From: a virus
Taxonomy: Duplodnaviria > Caudoviricetes
DNA length: 64,000 nt
Virus record (IMG/VR): IMGVR_UViG_3300042268_000564
Direction: 5' to 3' (one strand)
Below, piece after piece: positions 60,639 to 64,000 of the stretch. Both the position numbers and the translations under genes were made by a program. The notes below the pieces were generated by a model. The model was not told the DNA's origin. It saw only the letters and a program-made list of their open reading frames with translations, and made no database searches. Each line of letters starts with the position of its first letter. Positions within the stretch are counted from its first letter, which is position 1.

Positions 60639-62750
60639 ATGGCGGTTAGAAAAACGGCGGGTAAGCCAAAAACAGCCACAAAAAAGAGCAGCACCAAAAC
60701 AACAAAAAGTTCTGCACCCAAAAAAGCCCCTGTGAAATCGTCGGGTGGGTTTAAGAGAACAAGAAGTGCTGCTCCAAGAGTGTCAGGGTCAGGCGACAAA
60801 TTGGTTATTCTTGAATCGCCAAATAAGATTGCCAAGGTAGCTCATTATTTGGGCAGCGGCTTTCGGGTCGCTGCTTCTTGTGGGCATGTAAGAGAAATTC
60901 CAACCAAAACTGTAAACAAGAAAAAGCCTCTGGACAAAAAAACTTGGGATGTGAATTTTGTTGTTTCTGATAGCAAGAAAGATATCGTAGATTTTTTGAA
61001 AAAAGAAGCAGGGACTGCGAAAGAGATTTATCTGGCAACTGACCCTGACAGAGAGGGTGAAGCAATCGCATGGCATCTTGCAGAACTTTTGAAGGGTTCT
61101 ACTAGGGCACCGTTTTATCGGCTTACATTTAACGCCATCACACAGCAGGCTATTCAGCAGGCACTGAAGAACAAGTCCAGTGTTAATATGGACATGGTTG
61201 AATCGCAGAAAACTCGACAGGTTATGGACAGGCTTGTTGGTTTCAGCCTCTCACCTCTGGTACAAAAAGCAGAGGGTGGCAAGAGTGCAGGTAGAGTTCA
61301 GAGCGTTGCATTAACTTTTGTAGCAAATCGTCAGAAAGAAATTAACTCGTTCGTTCCTGATGAATTTTGGGAACTTGACCTTGTTGCAAGCCTTGACGGA
61401 TTCCCTGCAAAAATGAGGCTTTTTAACTATAAAGATAAGCCTATCAAAATCACCACAGAACAAGATGCTATAAGAATTTGCGACGAAGTTACCAAAATCA
61501 AAAAAGCAAGTATCGTGGAAGTAAAAGAAGTTGACAAGACTCGAAAGCCGAAAGCACCTTTTACTACCTCAACAATGCAGCAAGCTGCATCTACATTTCT
61601 GAACATGTCATTGAAGCAAACAATGGATGCTGCACAGAAGCTTTTTGAAGGTGCTCATATTTCTTACCATCGTTCCGACTCGGTGAGATTAGAGCCTGAG
61701 CAAATTGACGCAGCAAGAGATTTAATCCTTCAGAATTATGGTAAAGCTTATTTGCCTGCCAGTCCTATCATCTATACTCAAAAATCAGCAAGTAAGGTGC
61801 AGGATGCACACACTGCTATTCAACCAACCCACCCAGACGTATCATCAATCACTGGTAGCTCGGCAGAACAGAAACTTTATGCCCTTATCAGAGAAAGATT
61901 CCTTGCATGTCAGGCAGCAGATTGTAAATACAAAACTAAGACTATCATCGTGCAGATAGGCGATTATAAATTCAAGCTTGCAGGCTCTCACATAACTTTT
62001 GATGGATTTTTGAAGGTTATGGGTAGAGATGACGAAGATGAATCTGATGGGAATATGAAAGTGCCCGATGTAACCACAAAGTCCCTTGTTGGCTTTGTGA
62101 AGATGGATAAGACGCAAAAATTTACTAACCCACCGCCATATTTCAATGATGCAAGCTTGGTTAAAACATTGGAAGCGAACGGCGTTGGTCGTCCGTCTAC
62201 GTATGCAAGTGTTATCGACACTCTTCTTGACAGGAAATATACTGAAAAAGACGGCAAGAAACTTGTTGCTACTGAGCTTGGCATAAAAGTAAGCGATTAT
62301 TTGCAGACTGAATGTTCAGATTTTATCAATGTTGGATTCACTGCTGATATGGAGAACCAACTCAATGAGATTGAAGATGGAAAGAAGAAGTGGACTGGCG
62401 TTCTTGATAAGTTTTGGCTCAAACTTGATACCAGTGTTAAAGCCGCTGATAAGAAGCTTGGTGGTTTTCAAGACACTGGTAAAAAGTGTCCTGACTGCGG
62501 CTCAAGTGTTGTTAGCGGCAACGGTAGGTTTGGGCCTTTCTGTAAGTGCTCAAATGAGGACTGTAAAACCAAGTTTGATAAAGAGGGAAATTACAAGGCA
62601 CCTTTGCCAGTGGTTGGCACATGTAAAAAATGTGGTTGTGATGTTGTGGAGCGACAAAGCTTCAAAGGAACCTTTCTGGCATGTTCTGGGTTCCCAAAGT
62701 GCAGGACAATCTACGAGCTTTCATCGAAAGGTGAGTTAATCGCTAAATAA
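60639..62750 (+). CDS. topA: DNA topoisomerase I (type IA)
   Basis: ILESPNK, ATDPDREGEAI, SAGRVQS, ISYHRSDS, GRPSTYA, C-terminal zinc ribbons. Confidence 0.97.
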   Translation: MAVRKTAGKPKTATKKSSTKTTKSSAPKKAPVKSSGGFKRTRSAAPRVSGSGDKLVILESPNKIAKVAHYLGSGFRVAASCGHVREIPTKTVNKKKPLDKKTWDVNFVVSDSKKDIVDFLKKEAGTAKEIYLATDPDREGEAIAWHLAELLKGSTRAPFYRLTFNAITQQAIQQALKNKSSVNMDMVESQKTRQVMDRLVGFSLSPLVQKAEGGKSAGRVQSVALTFVANRQKEINSFVPDEFWELDLVASLDGFPAKMRLFNYKDKPIKITTEQDAIRICDEVTKIKKASIVEVKEVDKTRKPKAPFTTSTMQQAASTFLNMSLKQTMDAAQKLFEGAHISYHRSDSVRLEPEQIDAARDLILQNYGKAYLPASPIIYTQKSASKVQDAHTAIQPTHPDVSSITGSSAEQKLYALIRERFLACQAADCKYKTKTIIVQIGDYKFKLAGSHITFDGFLKVMGRDDEDESDGNMKVPDVTTKSLVGFVKMDKTQKFTNPPPYFNDASLVKTLEANGVGRPSTYASVIDTLLDRKYTEKDGKKLVATELGIKVSDYLQTECSDFINVGFTADMENQLNEIEDGKKKWTGVLDKFWLKLDTSVKAADKKLGGFQDTGKKCPDCGSSVVSGNGRFGPFCKCSNEDCKTKFDKEGNYKAPLPVVGTCKKCGCDVVERQSFKGTFLACSGFPKCRTIYELSSKGELIAK

Positions 62751-62777
62751 AAAAAGGGGCTTTTAAGCCCCTTTTTT
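62749..62777. terminator. bidirectional terminator
   Basis: AAAAAAGGGGCTT-TT-AAGCCCCTTTTTT. Confidence 0.85.
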
Positions 62778-62789
62778 GTTTCAGGTTGA

Positions 62790-63410
62790 TTATTCGATAA
62801 TCATTTTTTCGAGTGCAGTTTCATTAGCCATGTCTGCTGCCTTAGCGTCTGCGATAACTTTTTGCAGATTCATTCTTGATTTGATAAGGTCGAACACCTT
62901 ATTTTTAATCTGGCGAACACGCTCTCTGGTAAGTCCTACTTCTTCTGCAATCTGTGCACCAGCTCTACCATTACCTTCAATATGGCTTCTCAGGTAAGCT
63001 TTTGTAACTTTTTTTTCAGTCTCTGGCAGAGATTCAACAACTTTTCTGATTGCGGCTATGATGTCTCTTGTTACTACAGTTTCTTCAACATTTTCATTGC
63101 TTTCTATGAGACTGTGTAATGTCGAAGGGTTGCCATCAGTATTGCTAATTTCCATGTCGAGAGAAACCATATTTGTGATTTCTCTTTTGCGAGCAGTGAT
63201 GTAACGTTTAATGTTTCTTGGAACGAAGTAGCATACCCATGTTTCAAGAGCTGCACCACGAGTAGCATCGAAAGCCATGATGGCATCAGCAACTACGTCC
63301 TGAAGCACTTCCATCTGTCTCATTGTGATGGGGAATTTCTGCCAACTTCTTATGGCTGCGATTATCATAGCGGTATCTATATTGTAGATTTTGTTTCCAA
63401 TAGTTTCCAT
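62790..63410 (-). CDS. sigma-70-family factor
   Basis: FDATRGAALETW, VSLDMEI, IAEEVGLTRERVRQI. Confidence 0.85.
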   Translation of the reverse strand: METIGNKIYNIDTAMIIAAIRSWQKFPITMRQMEVLQDVVADAIMAFDATRGAALETWVCYFVPRNIKRYITARKREITNMVSLDMEISNTDGNPSTLHSLIESNENVEETVVTRDIIAAIRKVVESLPETEKKVTKAYLRSHIEGNGRAGAQIAEEVGLTRERVRQIKNKVFDLIKSRMNLQKVIADAKAADMANETALEKMIIE

Positions 63411-63418
63411 TTGATTCA

Positions 63419-63483
63419 CCTCGGTTTGGTTTTTTGTTTTTTCTATACTTTTATTATAATCAAATATAAAAAAGTGTCAAGTG
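63419..63483 (-). repeat. promoter-leader-RBS cassette, copy H
   Basis: CACTTGACACTTTTTTATATTTGATTATAATAAAAGTATAG...GAGG. Confidence 0.85.
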
Positions 63484-63526
63484 GTTTAGCAAAATTATTT
63501 TATTTATTTTTTATGGGGGTGGGAGA

Positions 63527-64000
63527 TTAGCTGTTAAGGCTTACTTCGGCAACAATTTTTTCTTTTACGGTTTCGAGTAAATCTTTAACTTTACTGGTGG
63601 GAATGTTTAATTGCTTTGCTGCGAATGTTGCATTATTCTCAGCGCACAATCTCAACACGGCTCTGTCTCTCTCAGAAAGTCTCCCCATAACAGTAAAGAG
63701 AGCTTGTTTTTCGATATTTCGAGTTACTGTGTCTAAAATATCATCACTTGCGCTGTCCGACACAACAGTAAAGAACTCAGTTTCATTGTCGTCCATTACT
63801 GCATTGAGAGAAACAATTTGTTTTTTCTTCTCTCGAATCAGTTTCTGATAATATTTTGAAATTGCAAACCTTGCTCTACTAAACATAAAAGTGGACATTT
63901 TTGTATTCTTGGTGGGGTCAAATTTGGCTATCCCCTGCGAAATGCCTTCCATGCCTGCTGCAACCATTTCCATAAAAATGGATTCCATCTCGAAATTATC
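63527..64000 (-). CDS. sigma-70-family factor, 5' end outside the window
   Basis: GIAKFDPTKNTKMSTF, VSLNA, LSERDRAVL. Confidence 0.75.
   Translation of the reverse strand, partial: DNFEMESIFMEMVAAGMEGISQGIAKFDPTKNTKMSTFMFSRARFAISKYYQKLIREKKKQIVSLNAVMDDNETEFFTVVSDSASDDILDTVTRNIEKQALFTVMGRLSERDRAVLRLCAENNATFAAKQLNIPTSKVKDLLETVKEKIVAEVSLNS

Noticed and set aside
1-64000. CRISPR array, tRNA or rRNA genes
   Set aside because: No regularly spaced repeats or cloverleaf/rRNA signatures seen by eye; the Cas4-like gene has no cas neighbours. tRNAscan was not run.
1-64000. Stop-codon reassignment
   Set aside because: RecA, TopA, RnhA and TnpB are intact in code 11, and TAA, TGA and TAG all terminate genes.

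Overview
A 64 kb segment of a large, AT-rich dsDNA bacteriophage (jumbo-phage-like; standard genetic code). About 1-36 kb and 42-53 kb are dense with short hypothetical ORFs driven by at least 36 near-consensus promoters, all of which have a 16-bp spacer (TTGAC[A/G]-N16-TA[T/C]AAT). Recognisable genes: an IS607-type tnpB element, HU, HAD hydrolase, two stand-alone DUF262 proteins, a Panacea/SocA-like protein, RNase HI, ATP-grasp, metallophosphoesterase, a frameshifted macrodomain gene, three fibronectin-III/Ig repeat proteins (36.6-41.9 kb), three sigma-70-like factors, and a recombination/replication operon (HNH, Cas4/RecB-like, HolA-like, SSAP-like, HU-like, RecA, TopA; 54-62.7 kb). The most striking unexplained pattern is that 17 mostly unrelated proteins end in the same C-terminal signature (-x-[M/L/I/V]-L-stop, 8 of them exactly ML-stop), suggesting an undescribed C-terminal addressing or docking tag. 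Other highlights: the tnpB element sits inside a start codon and supplies a replacement start, the Ig/FN3 domains look split across three genes, there are candidate anti-Shine-Dalgarno small RNAs and leaderless mRNAs, and a G-run/iteron-like noncoding locus lies at 16.1-16.7 kb. All family calls are from motif recognition by eye; no searches were run.
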